Source: an uncultured Eubacteriales bacterium (GTDB lineage: Bacteria; Bacillota; Clostridia; Oscillospirales; Acutalibacteraceae). From it: a DNA stretch of 64,000 nt. Positions 48,283-57,471 of this stretch are shown here, one piece after another. Position 1 is the stretch's first letter; each line of letters begins with the position of its first letter. A model generated the notes under the pieces. It was not told the origin of the DNA, did no database searches, and worked only from the letters and a program-made list of their open reading frames with translations. The stretch covers positions 420-64,419 of the forward strand of contig CASPLG010000005.1 in the NCBI GenBank assembly GCA_949422855.1, read 5' to 3'. A program made the translations under genes and the position numbers.

Positions 48283-49281
48283 ATGAATACCAGAAATAAA
48301 GTTAAACTGGCTTGCATAATATTTATACCTTTGATTTTCATATTCCCGGCATTTTTTGCAGAAAAAGAACCCGAACTTTCTGTAATAGTCCCTGTATATA
48401 ATTCTGAACAGTACATATCTGCATGCCTGGACTCCTTAACAAATCAAACCTACAAAAACATAGAAATAATTTGCGTTAATGACGGGTCAAAGGATAATTC
48501 GCTTGAAAAACTCAGGCAATACAAACAAATCGATCCTCGCATTATAGTCATTGACAAGAAAAACGGCGGTGTTTCCTCGGCAAGAAACTTAGGAATGCTC
48601 GCATCCCATGGAAAATATATTACTTTTATAGACTCTGACGATTATCTGGACTTAGATCTATACGAAAAATGTATGGATAAAATTAAATCCTTAGATGCAG
48701 ATGTACTTGCATTTGGTCTCATGTTTGAGCCCGCTCATACCTATGGTACCGTGGTTTCCGACAAAACATATACTGACCCGTTTTATGTGCTGGAACATGA
48801 CTGCGTGAACTGCAGTGTATGTAATAGGATATTCAGACGCTCTATAATATCAGATAATAATATATTATTTAAAGAGGACGTCAAATATGGGGAGGATAAC
48901 CTCTTTTTGATGATGGTTCTTCCTCACGCAAAAGTGCTCACCAATCAGCCCGGCGTATATTATCATTACTTACAGCAGGGGGGGTCCATAGAACATACAT
49001 TTGATGTCGAAAAAAGGCTTATATCGGCGATAAATAGGTGTAAATATAGTATCGAATATTACAGAAAAAATAACTATTCTGAAGAATATGGCTGGCTGCT
49101 TCAGAGATGCCTGGACATAACCTACTGGAGAATAAAAGAACTCGATGACAACTCAAAGAAAAGTAATTATTCTAAAAAAGTTCTGGATATCCTTGAAAAT
49201 CAACTCTTGCATGAGTTAGAATTTATACCGGAGTATGAACAAAATCAACTAAATGAATTAAAATCTTATGCAAAACTATAA
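48283..49281 (+). CDS. Family 2 glycosyltransferase with N-terminal TM anchor (copy 2, tandem paralogue)
   Basis: It has the same architecture and is collinear with copy 1 (LSVIVPVYNSEQYISACLDSLTNQTYKNIEIICVNDGSKDNS...). The ATG at 48283 is preceded by an AAGGAGGG SD. Confidence 0.8.
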   Translation: MNTRNKVKLACIIFIPLIFIFPAFFAEKEPELSVIVPVYNSEQYISACLDSLTNQTYKNIEIICVNDGSKDNSLEKLRQYKQIDPRIIVIDKKNGGVSSARNLGMLASHGKYITFIDSDDYLDLDLYEKCMDKIKSLDADVLAFGLMFEPAHTYGTVVSDKTYTDPFYVLEHDCVNCSVCNRIFRRSIISDNNILFKEDVKYGEDNLFLMMVLPHAKVLTNQPGVYYHYLQQGGSIEHTFDVEKRLISAINRCKYSIEYYRKNNYSEEYGWLLQRCLDITYWRIKELDDNSKKSNYSKKVLDILENQLLHELEFIPEYEQNQLNELKSYAKL

Positions 49282-49302
49282 CAGTACAAAGGAGAATCGC
49301 AT

Positions 49303-50034
49303 ATGTCGGGTCACTCAAAATGGAACAACATAAAAAGAAGAAAGGAAAAAACCGATGCTCAACGGGCAAAAATCTTTACCAAAATAGGAAGAGAATTAGC
49401 AGTTGCAGTTCGTGACGGCGGAGGCGCTGACCCCTCTGTAAACTCAAGACTTAAAGATTGTATCGTAAAGGCAAAAGCAAATAACGTCCCCAATGATAAT
49501 ATTGAGAGGATTATTAAAAAAGCTGCCGGTGACGGCGACACTAATAAATATGAGTCCATTACCTATGAAGGATACGGCCCCGGGGGTGTCGCATTTATCG
49601 TCGAAACTTTGACGGATAACCGTAACCGAACCGCAGGAAACCTTAGACATTATTTCGACAAACATGGCGGAAATTTAGGAACTTCCGGATGTGTTTCGTT
49701 TATGTTTTCTCAAAAAGGTATAATTGCAGTAGACTCCGAAAATATCGCAGAAGACGCCCTAATGGAAGACGCCCTGGAGGCAGGTGCATCAGACTTTAGC
49801 TCAGATGAAAACTGTTTTGTAATTACAACCGAAAAAGATGACTATTCAAAGGTCTATCAAGCACTTTCACAAAAGGGATATTCTTTTATGTCAGCCGAAA
49901 TAGAGATGGTACCGGAAAATTATATTAATGTTACTGATGAGGAACAGCTCTCTAAATTACAGACCCTTGTGGATGTACTGGAAGATGATGACGATGTGCA
50001 AAATGTCTGGAATAACTGCGAAAATCTAGATTAA
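49303..50034 (+). CDS. yebC: YebC/PmpR family DNA-binding transcriptional regulator
   Basis: The product begins MSGHSKWNNIKRRK..DA.RAKIFTK and contains YEGYGPGGVA.IVE.LTDNRNRT. Confidence 0.92.
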   Translation: MSGHSKWNNIKRRKEKTDAQRAKIFTKIGRELAVAVRDGGGADPSVNSRLKDCIVKAKANNVPNDNIERIIKKAAGDGDTNKYESITYEGYGPGGVAFIVETLTDNRNRTAGNLRHYFDKHGGNLGTSGCVSFMFSQKGIIAVDSENIAEDALMEDALEAGASDFSSDENCFVITTEKDDYSKVYQALSQKGYSFMSAEIEMVPENYINVTDEEQLSKLQTLVDVLEDDDDVQNVWNNCENLD

Positions 50035-50039
50035 AAAGT

Positions 50040-51653
50040 CTAGTCAACGAAAATTTCATATAATTCGTCATAGAGCCTGTCTATAATTTCCCTGAAAACA
50101 GGACCGCAACTTTCTCCCCCTCCTTTTGCCCCCTCCGACAAGACAACTATAGAGTATTTTGGGTTCTCTACAGGGAAAAATCCACCATACCATGCTTGAA
50201 TCACTTCATCTCCGTCGCAATTAATTATTCCGGTTTGTGCTGTGGACGTTTTTGCCGCAGCATTTATTTTTTCTGGCTTGCCAATTTTGCTAGTACCATA
50301 TTCTATTGACTCTACCATGAATTTTTTTAATTTATCTGCTGTGTCGCCCGAAATTATCCTCTCAGAAGGTTTACTGCTTTTCTGAGTTATCCTCATACCG
50401 GCGTCGGCTAAGCCATACACGAGCTTGGGTACGCTGTATATCCCCCCTGAGGCTATTGCATTTATCATGCCTGATACTTGTATGGGAACTGCCATTAGTT
50501 TACCCTGTCCAAAAGAGAAATTCGCCAGAATTCCTAAATTCTCTAGGCTTTCCCCGGATGGTACAACCCCTTTTGCTCCGGATATTTCAGGGGCTAATTC
50601 TATTTCTTCGCCAAATCCGAATTTTTTTGCCATACATAATAACTTTTCCGCACCGATCCTCTTGGCAAGTTCTATAAAATATCCATTGCATGAATATGCT
50701 ACTGCTTGGCTCATATTTTCCGTCCCGTGAGGCTTTCCCGCAAAACATCTGAATTTATTGCCGTTTGTCTCATTAAAACCTTTGCACTCGTACTCAAATC
50801 CCTCAGTAATCCCGCTTTCAAGTGCTGCAGCGGCGGTTACAAGTTTGAAAATCGAACCAAAACTATATTGTGCAAGTGCCCTGTTAATAAGCGGTGAATC
50901 TTTATCATTGAGATAATTCCCTACACTTTGAGGCATAAATCCGGGAAGACTTACTAGTGCTCTTATTTCACATTCCGGAACCTCAGTTATTATCACCGCC
51001 CCCTTGGCTATATATTTATTTGATACCTCTTCAGCCAAATTTTGGAGCCTTTGGTCTATATTAAGTACTACCCCTTTAGTCGTCAGGTAAGATTTATCAT
51101 CCGCAAAACTGTCCCCACCTGAAAGAAGCCTATTTGATGCATCGACACTATAACGTACACAAATTTCATTTTTGTCCCCACTTAAGTAATCATCATAAGC
51201 CTTCTCTATGCCGTAAACTCCCTTATTGTCCCCCGATAGATACCCTATTACATGTGCCGCAGGTACTATTCCATCATACCTTATGGGAATCTCAAATGTT
51301 TTTACCCCGGAACAGTTAATTTTCTTGTTTACTTCTATTGAGAACGGCTCGGATAATGATAGCTTTTTCCATAAATTCGAAACTTCAGACTCCTCCACTG
51401 AATTTGATAGTTCATTAAATATTTTAGTCCCAGGTACAACCGCTGCTATTAATTTTTGAGTCCTGTTGACTAAAGGAATTCTTCTGCAATCATAAATCGT
51501 ACCCCTAACCTCCGCTATTTTTAACCTGTATGACCTCTGGTACGCCGCTGCATCGTGGAGTACCTCTTTTGTAGATATGTCATTAAGCAGCATAATGCAT
51601 ATGCAAAAACAAAGCATAAGCAGAGAAAAAAATATTGTGATTCTCTTAAACAT
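50040..51653 (-). CDS. Class B penicillin-binding protein (PBP2/FtsI/SpoVD-like transpeptidase, no PASTA domain)
   Basis: The product has a TM anchor, a dimerisation domain, and a transpeptidase with SxxK (GSIFK), SxN (SCN) and K[TS]G-like (KTS). The start was trimmed to the ATG at 51653 (MFKRITIFF...). Confidence 0.85.
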   Translation of the reverse strand: MFKRITIFFSLLMLCFCICIMLLNDISTKEVLHDAAAYQRSYRLKIAEVRGTIYDCRRIPLVNRTQKLIAAVVPGTKIFNELSNSVEESEVSNLWKKLSLSEPFSIEVNKKINCSGVKTFEIPIRYDGIVPAAHVIGYLSGDNKGVYGIEKAYDDYLSGDKNEICVRYSVDASNRLLSGGDSFADDKSYLTTKGVVLNIDQRLQNLAEEVSNKYIAKGAVIITEVPECEIRALVSLPGFMPQSVGNYLNDKDSPLINRALAQYSFGSIFKLVTAAAALESGITEGFEYECKGFNETNGNKFRCFAGKPHGTENMSQAVAYSCNGYFIELAKRIGAEKLLCMAKKFGFGEEIELAPEISGAKGVVPSGESLENLGILANFSFGQGKLMAVPIQVSGMINAIASGGIYSVPKLVYGLADAGMRITQKSSKPSERIISGDTADKLKKFMVESIEYGTSKIGKPEKINAAAKTSTAQTGIINCDGDEVIQAWYGGFFPVENPKYSIVVLSEGAKGGGESCGPVFREIIDRLYDELYEIFVD

Positions 51654-51759
51654 AAAAACACCCCGCCCACCTGTATACAAGAAGTATTGCTCTTTTTCGG
51701 ACGGTTCATGCAAAAAGTTTTTTTGATTTTGGTATTCAAAGTAAATAAATCTAAAGATG

Positions 51760-51790
51760 AAAAAACGACCGGGCTATTGCCCAAAGTCGC
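51760..51790 (-). terminator. Rho-independent terminator after the Nif11-like gene pair
   Basis: On the minus strand, GCGAC-ttt-GGGC-aata-GCCC-g-GTCG is followed by T6, 53 nt after the stop of the 137-aa gene. It separates the pair from the PBP gene. Confidence 0.6.
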
Positions 51791-51842
51791 TTTTAACTGC
51801 TTGTCCTATAAAACTTCACTTTTATTTTATGAAATTAACTGA

Positions 51843-52256
51843 TTATACCTTCCATATAACGGAATCCCCAAATTTTTTACTCTCAGGTTCACCATTAATG
51901 CAAGCCGACATGGAACCTACAAGCTTACCCATCCCTTCATTAACGAGCCTTTCATATGAGCCTGCGGCAATATCTCCAAAAAAATTATCCGGTAACTCCT
52001 CTTTTGCCGACGACTTTCGCACCATTTCTATAAATAAATCTACCTCTTCTTCACTCAAAATCACACCTCTGTTGCTAAAGAGGGCCTGCATGTCCTTCAA
52101 ACTCTTTTGTGAGACTAAGTTCTCTACGAATTCCTTATCCATGGCCAACGCAGCAAGTGCTTCCTTCTGGTCACTGACCACCATTTCATCTTTCATGTCA
52201 GATAAAATCATATCATCCTTAATGTCACTATGTACATTATTTGTTTTCCGGCTCAT
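51843..52256 (-). CDS. Nif11-like leader-domain protein A (137 aa), candidate exported/processed peptide precursor
   Basis: A strong AAGGAGGT SD lies 6 nt before the ATG. The segment MDKEFVENLVSQKSLKDMQALFSNRGVILSEEEV...ELPDNFFGDIAAG resembles Nif11-type RiPP leaders (for example ...ADTSLQEQLKA...AIAKAAGFSITTEDL...LSDDELEGVAGG). This similarity was judged by eye only. Confidence 0.55.
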   Translation of the reverse strand: MSRKTNNVHSDIKDDMILSDMKDEMVVSDQKEALAALAMDKEFVENLVSQKSLKDMQALFSNRGVILSEEEVDLFIEMVRKSSAKEELPDNFFGDIAAGSYERLVNEGMGKLVGSMSACINGEPESKKFGDSVIWKV

Positions 52257-52331
52257 AATTGTACCTCCTTACTTACAAAAGCACACATTTCACTCCAATC
52301 TACCCCTGAACATAATCTATATTCTATTTAA

Positions 52332-52757
52332 CTAAACTTCCCAAATGCTCCGATTTTTAAGATACTTCTCCTTTACCCAAAAAAGTGAGCACGCAACTTT
52401 GAACATCCCTGTTGATATAACTGAGGCTGTATAATAGCTCTTATTTAAGAAAAAATCCGACGGATATTTGCTCTTACTATTGTAGAAAAAATTATAAAGA
52501 CTCTGGTCAAAATACCCGTTAGCCTCTTCACTTCTACCTATACTTTCACTATTACCGGCCTGCTCAATAACCTTTAAGTCATCCGGCGCAATTTTGTCGA
52601 TATTTTCCTCCAAATCATACACGATATTTCTCAGTATATCTATATCTTCAAGAGAAATGTCTATCCCTTTCTTATAAAATGCTCGTTGCACCTTGTCACG
52701 TGACCTGAATGTCAACAGACGTTTCAAAAAATCCTCATCCATAGATAAAGTAGACAT
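52332..52757 (-). CDS. Nif11-like leader-domain protein B (141 aa from ATG 52757), paralogue of A
   Basis: MDEDFLKRLLTFRSRDKVQRAFYKKGIDISLEDI...IAPDDLKVIEQAG aligns position for position with protein A. The start is uncertain: ATG 52757 lies 15 nt from GGGAGGTG, and GTG 52805 is the alternative. Confidence 0.5.
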   Translation of the reverse strand: MSTLSMDEDFLKRLLTFRSRDKVQRAFYKKGIDISLEDIDILRNIVYDLEENIDKIAPDDLKVIEQAGNSESIGRSEEANGYFDQSLYNFFYNSKSKYPSDFFLNKSYYTASVISTGMFKVACSLFWVKEKYLKNRSIWEV

Positions 52758-52811
52758 ATTTCTTATATAAATCACCTCCCAGTATGAGAAATATACACCT
52801 TGCACGTCCTA

Positions 52812-52840
52812 ATATTACAATATAAAATACAATATGTCAA
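52812..52840 (-). promoter_or_regulatory. Promoter of the Nif11-like pair: TTGACA-17-TAATAT
   Basis: A consensus -35 lies at 52840..52835 and the -10 at 52817..52812, in the 60-nt gap after the mltG stop. Confidence 0.4.
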
Positions 52841-52866
52841 GGAAATTATATTTATTTTTATTCTCT

Positions 52867-54405
52867 TTATACAAGACCAGCCTTTTTTAGATTTTCTAAA
52901 TGAACATCGTTGGTCTTCGCATAGTATGCCTCACCGGAACTGCTATGACAAAAATAGTAAAATTCCGTGTCATCCGGTCTGAGTGCTGCGTAAATCGCCT
53001 GCATTCCCGGATTGCATATCGGTCCCGGTGGAAGTGCCGTAATCTCATAGGTATCATATCGACTGTGAAAATCTTTGACAATATCTTCAGGGACATCCCC
53101 CTTTGTTTTGTACGGATACCAAACAGTTGAATCTATACCCAGCCTTGATAATCCATATTCTCCAAATTTATTCTTCCCATCCGATGAAACAGTATCAAGG
53201 CGGTTCCGTATTACGGAAGATATCCTATACATATCTGTTTTATCTGCCGCCTCTGCCTGAATCATAGCAGAAATATTAATAACTTCGTCAAGCGTCTTTC
53301 CTGATTCATCACACAAATGTTTTATACTTGTCTTTTTATCGTACCCCTCATGACTGTTCACCTTTATTATTTTCTTTTGGAAATTGCTCAGAAATCTCCT
53401 AATAACACTGCTTGGATTCTCATCTTTATAAAACTCATATGTGTCAGGGAACAAATACCCCTCAAGTTTATAATACCTTTGCTCCTTGTTTTTTATTTCC
53501 TCCAAAAAGTCATATTTATCGTCAAATTCATCGGATTTACACTTCTCTAGAAATTCATCCTTATCGCAAACTCCATTTTCACTCAAAAGCTTTGCACATT
53601 CCTGCAAACTCATCCCCTCACGAAAAGCTAACTCGATTACGTCTTGATTAACTGTCCTACTCTTTATTTTATTTAAAATTATCTGATAGTCCATATTGGG
53701 CTTGAGTTCATAACTTCCCTCTAAAAACCCTTTGGAATTCTTAGTTGCAAATGCATATATCTTAAAGAAAATGTCTTGCCTTATTATGCCGTTGTTTTTC
53801 AGTATACTTGCCACCGTATCGAGACTCGCATCCTTCGGAATATCTACAATAACTGCGTTATCACTTTCCCCTATCCCTAACATGTCATTCATAGCTATTA
53901 AGGCGTATCCAGCCAAAAGTACCGAAATAAAAGATAAAAACACAATCCAAATTATCCTGAAAAGATACTTGCTTTTCTTGGGCTTGAATATTACTTTCTC
54001 AGTGTCCGGTTTCAGATTCTTGGACTTATTAATTTTGGTATCACCCGTATCCCTTCCGTCGCCTTTTTTGCTGTACCCCAAACTGCTCCTGCTATTCATA
54101 CTATTTGATTTTTCTGAACCCATTATACCTTCGGGAAAGTTTTTCTCCGGCAAGTTTTCTCTATTATTATGGAAATCACCCTCCGCACCGATTGAGACAG
54201 ATTTTCCACCCTCACGTGTAGTATTTTCGCTTTCATCACTGGACAAAAGAAACGTTTGTCCCGAATCTATATCTTTATATGATTTTTTTTGTTTGTTTTT
54301 ATCTCCTTCATTAACTTTTAAAAGCTCTTTTTCTTTTTCTAACTTCCTCTTTTTTCGCCCGAATCTCTTGCTAAACCCGTGAAATCTCCTTTTCCCATTT
54401 GACAT
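52867..54405 (-). CDS. mltG: Endolytic murein transglycosylase MltG (YceG-like) with ~150-aa Lys/Ser/Gly-rich cytoplasmic N-extension
   Basis: The product has a TM helix, then the YceG domain (EGYLFPDTYEF, SMIQAEA, IRNRL, YDTY....LPPGPICNPG). Confidence 0.88.
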   Translation of the reverse strand: MSNGKRRFHGFSKRFGRKKRKLEKEKELLKVNEGDKNKQKKSYKDIDSGQTFLLSSDESENTTREGGKSVSIGAEGDFHNNRENLPEKNFPEGIMGSEKSNSMNSRSSLGYSKKGDGRDTGDTKINKSKNLKPDTEKVIFKPKKSKYLFRIIWIVFLSFISVLLAGYALIAMNDMLGIGESDNAVIVDIPKDASLDTVASILKNNGIIRQDIFFKIYAFATKNSKGFLEGSYELKPNMDYQIILNKIKSRTVNQDVIELAFREGMSLQECAKLLSENGVCDKDEFLEKCKSDEFDDKYDFLEEIKNKEQRYYKLEGYLFPDTYEFYKDENPSSVIRRFLSNFQKKIIKVNSHEGYDKKTSIKHLCDESGKTLDEVINISAMIQAEAADKTDMYRISSVIRNRLDTVSSDGKNKFGEYGLSRLGIDSTVWYPYKTKGDVPEDIVKDFHSRYDTYEITALPPGPICNPGMQAIYAALRPDDTEFYYFCHSSSGEAYYAKTNDVHLENLKKAGLV

Positions 54406-54456
54406 CTATTTTCTCCCCAAATCAGTGTAATTTATCGATAAAAGTTTTCTTCGCCA

Positions 54457-55062
54457 TTAATATTGCTTGTTCTGCAAATCCGCAAACCTCTTAATATACT
54501 TATCAGTCACCAAAATGTCGACAGATTTATCATATTTCTCCGTCGGAAGTCTGGACATTACACAATTACTATAGCATATCCCAACTGTAAAGCCCTTGAA
54601 CCAAGATAAAAATCTATCATAATACCCTTTGCCAAATCCTAGTCTATACCCTTTTTCATCAAAGGCAAGCCCCGGTACAATGCACAAACTTTCACTAAAA
54701 TCTTTTATCATGTCAGATTTACTTTCTATAGGTTCATATATCCCAAAATACCCCTTTTCTAAGTCATCTTCCGAATCTATATAATAAAAGTTCATCCTTA
54801 CGTGACCCACATCACACCTGGGCACAGCCACACGTTTATTCTTACCCCACGCATCCTCTATTATTTTATGAGTCGATACCTCAAGGCCCTTACTTACATA
54901 AGCTAAAATAGTCCTGCTCCTTTGATATTCGTCCAGTGAGAGTAATTTTGTGAAAATTTGCTCATCCATCATATCCTTTTCATCGGGAGACGTATTTTTT
55001 CGTATTTCCTTGCACCTCTCCCTTAAAATACTTTTGCGTTTCCCCAGACTACCTACATACAT
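54457..55062 (-). CDS. 5-formyltetrahydrofolate cyclo-ligase
   Basis: K..LR......R at the N-terminus, GIYEP and VPGLAFDEKGYRLGFGKGYYDRFL are present. Confidence 0.8.
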   Translation of the reverse strand: MYVGSLGKRKSILRERCKEIRKNTSPDEKDMMDEQIFTKLLSLDEYQRSRTILAYVSKGLEVSTHKIIEDAWGKNKRVAVPRCDVGHVRMNFYYIDSEDDLEKGYFGIYEPIESKSDMIKDFSESLCIVPGLAFDEKGYRLGFGKGYYDRFLSWFKGFTVGICYSNCVMSRLPTEKYDKSVDILVTDKYIKRFADLQNKQY

Positions 55063-55595
55063 TGCATAGACGCCCTCAGCTTTGATGCAGCCTCACTTCC
55101 CTTTAGTATCTCTGCTATTTTAAATCCAAATTCCAAAGAAGTCCCCGGTCCCTTTGAAGTAACAATATTACCGTCAACACATACCGGTTTATCCAACATC
55201 TTTGCACCCTTTAATTCCTTCTCAAGATCAGGTGCAGGATAACAACACGCATTTTTTCCCTCCAACAAACCCAGCCTGCCTAAAATTATCGGTGCCGCAC
55301 ATATCGCCGTAACTAATTTATTGCTTTTTGCACAGTGATTCACTATTTCTCTGAGTCTTTCACTCTTGAATAAATTTTCAGCCCCAGGCATTCCTCCGGG
55401 TAATATAACTGCATCTAAATCTTGTTCAGCCTCTGAAATTTCTGTATCGCATGTGATCTCTATACCGTTTACACCTTTTATTTTTTTAGAACCAATTCCA
55501 CATAATTTAACGTCAAGACCCGCCCTTCTAAGTATGTCCGTCGGTGCAAGTGCCTCTATTTCCTCAAATCCGTCTGCTAAAAAAACATATATCAT
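55053..55595 (-). CDS. DJ-1/PfpI (ThiJ) family protein
   Basis: The product contains VFLADGFEEIEA, LPGG.PGA and the nucleophile elbow AICAAP. The ATG at 55595 is preceded by a GAGAGGAG SD; the ORF-track extension was removed. Confidence 0.85.
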   Translation of the reverse strand: MIYVFLADGFEEIEALAPTDILRRAGLDVKLCGIGSKKIKGVNGIEITCDTEISEAEQDLDAVILPGGMPGAENLFKSERLREIVNHCAKSNKLVTAICAAPIILGRLGLLEGKNACCYPAPDLEKELKGAKMLDKPVCVDGNIVTSKGPGTSLEFGFKIAEILKGSEAASKLRASMQCM

Positions 55596-55611
55596 AAATA
55601 TTATCTCCTCT

Positions 55612-56502
55612 CTATTCCAAAACAAAACCCATGCAAGGATTAATTTTGGCAGTATTAATAACAAAATCAATAAGCTCTTCTCTTTCCTTGTCGTATACAG
55701 GGCAAATCATGCACTTGTCAACTATCCTCCCTCTATCTCCAAAAAACTTGTTCCTTACAGGAAGCCTTATAATATACCCATCCCTATCTCTGTATGTATT
55801 GTACAATTCTGCTAATAGGGTTTCAATATTATCCCCCAAATACGCAAGTTCATACGTATCAACCCGGTTCCCCGTGAAACACGACGAAATAACATACCCG
55901 TTTTCATTGAAAATATTTCTGCCTCCAATATCCTCATTCATATCAAAAGCGTATTTTACAGAGTCTCTATCCCAAATCACCTCCCCATCAGCACTGAAAA
56001 ATTCAGACCTTATATCCATAACCCGTGAATAATCTATATCAGGGCTCATTTTATTACCAGATCGAAACTTTCTCATTTCCTCTGCAGTCAAAATAACTTC
56101 TCTATACTTATGAAACTTATAATACCCGATTTTTCCGTAAAATCCAAACAGCTCTTCTGTGGCAGGAGAGAGAACCGAAAATTTTTGCCCTCTGGACTGT
56201 GCCACTTTATGCGACATTTTAATAAGCTGCGTCATACATCCTCTGCCCCTATACCCTGGCAAGGTAGACGCTGCATAGATATAGTGGGCAGGTATTACAG
56301 TGCCCTTATTTCTCAGCCCAATCGGCAGCATGTGAAGCTGAGATACAGGTTTTCCATCCTCAAGGCAAACTAAACAGTTATTAAGATCTACCTTTTTATC
56401 AAAGAAAAACCTTACACTGCCATCTGTCTCACCAAAATTTGTTTTTGTCATCTCAATGAGTTCCTCTACCATGGAAGAGTCAGCTATGTCAAATCTCCTC
56501 AC
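55612..56502 (-). CDS. GNAT family acyltransferase (two-lobed, 296 aa)
   Basis: An acetyl-CoA binding-type motif (YRGRGCMTQLIK.....QSRGQKF) lies in the N-terminal half, with a second GNAT-like half. The gene is 4 nt downstream of the DUF2156 gene. Confidence 0.65.
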   Translation of the reverse strand: MRRFDIADSSMVEELIEMTKTNFGETDGSVRFFFDKKVDLNNCLVCLEDGKPVSQLHMLPIGLRNKGTVIPAHYIYAASTLPGYRGRGCMTQLIKMSHKVAQSRGQKFSVLSPATEELFGFYGKIGYYKFHKYREVILTAEEMRKFRSGNKMSPDIDYSRVMDIRSEFFSADGEVIWDRDSVKYAFDMNEDIGGRNIFNENGYVISSCFTGNRVDTYELAYLGDNIETLLAELYNTYRDRDGYIIRLPVRNKFFGDRGRIVDKCMICPVYDKEREELIDFVINTAKINPCMGFVLE

Positions 56503-56506
56503 CCCT

Positions 56507-57394
56507 CTATCCCTCCCCCTCCATAACAGCCGTATATTTCTTAACCATCATCGCCGGCTTATATGACATCTTAGCCTTCCTAAGACCAACAATTCCCAAG
56601 TCTTCTTCCCGGTTTATATACTTGTATCCGCTCAGCCTCTTACAAAATTCATTGTTTATAACGGTATATGCTCCTTCGATGTCATCAAAGGCCTTCTCAA
56701 AATGTACAACATAAACGTCCTCATTTATCCTCTCACCAATAGTAAACGCAACCGGCTTAGAATCAACTTTTAAAAGTCCGCCATCGAGCCCTAAGTCCTT
56801 ATAGTTTCTGTATGCCCTTTCGAGAGCATCATATTCATCCAAATCACTGTCTTTGTTGACCTCAAACCACTTATCCGAAACTTCCCTGCATTTATCCGTA
56901 TTTTCATGGGTCACAGCTTCGTATTCCCACTCATACAGCTTGTTAAACTTAGATATATGATTTCTCTTGCTATGAAATTTTCTCCCTTTAAGTTCTGCCA
57001 GTTCATCTTGACGATAAACATAATCCCACGTATCACGATTGCTCTCAAACTTAAACTTACCCGGCATTAGCCTTTCAAGCTCATTTACCCGATTTTCCGT
57101 CATACCAATAAATTTAAGCTTAGTTCCTATACTTTCAGCATAGCTTACTACATTATTTAGAGCCTTTCGAGTGTCACCTTGTCCATAAGGAAAACTAAAA
57201 GCAACGCCCTCTCTTGTATACTTTTTGAATATCGTGTTGTCAAGTATGCAAATTTCTACGTTATATGCCTTCTCCCAAATATATGACGTCCCAAAAGCAT
57301 ATTCTGAAGAGAACTCTTCGTTATTTTGCAATATCTCATCAAATGCTTTTTTATCCGCAATTATCGGTGCATGAAAATCTAATTTCAATGACAA
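56507..57394 (-). CDS. DUF2156 (MprF C-terminal / aminoacyl-phosphatidylglycerol-synthase-like) domain protein, soluble stand-alone form
   Basis: The 295-aa product has no TM segment. Its F.SKRNHISKF motif and overall pattern are as in the LPG_synthase_C domain. Confidence 0.65.
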   Translation of the reverse strand: MSLKLDFHAPIIADKKAFDEILQNNEEFSSEYAFGTSYIWEKAYNVEICILDNTIFKKYTREGVAFSFPYGQGDTRKALNNVVSYAESIGTKLKFIGMTENRVNELERLMPGKFKFESNRDTWDYVYRQDELAELKGRKFHSKRNHISKFNKLYEWEYEAVTHENTDKCREVSDKWFEVNKDSDLDEYDALERAYRNYKDLGLDGGLLKVDSKPVAFTIGERINEDVYVVHFEKAFDDIEGAYTVINNEFCKRLSGYKYINREEDLGIVGLRKAKMSYKPAMMVKKYTAVMEGEG

Positions 57395-57471
57395 TATCCC
57401 CCTCTCTTATGAGAATTTTGCTTAAAAAAACATCTCATAACTTTCCATTATATATCAAACATATATAAAAT

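Noticed and set aside
51757-52335. A 192-aa plus-strand ORF lies antisense to Nif11-like gene A.
   Set aside because: Its Ser/Leu-rich low-complexity translation is typical of the shadow of an Asp/Glu/Lys-rich gene, and it has no SD. The minus-strand gene has an AAGGAGGT SD and a paralogue next door.
53732-54382. A 216-aa plus-strand ORF lies antisense to the mltG 5' region.
   Set aside because: It is a shadow ORF of the Lys/Glu/Ser-rich MltG N-extension, with no SD and no recognisable domain.
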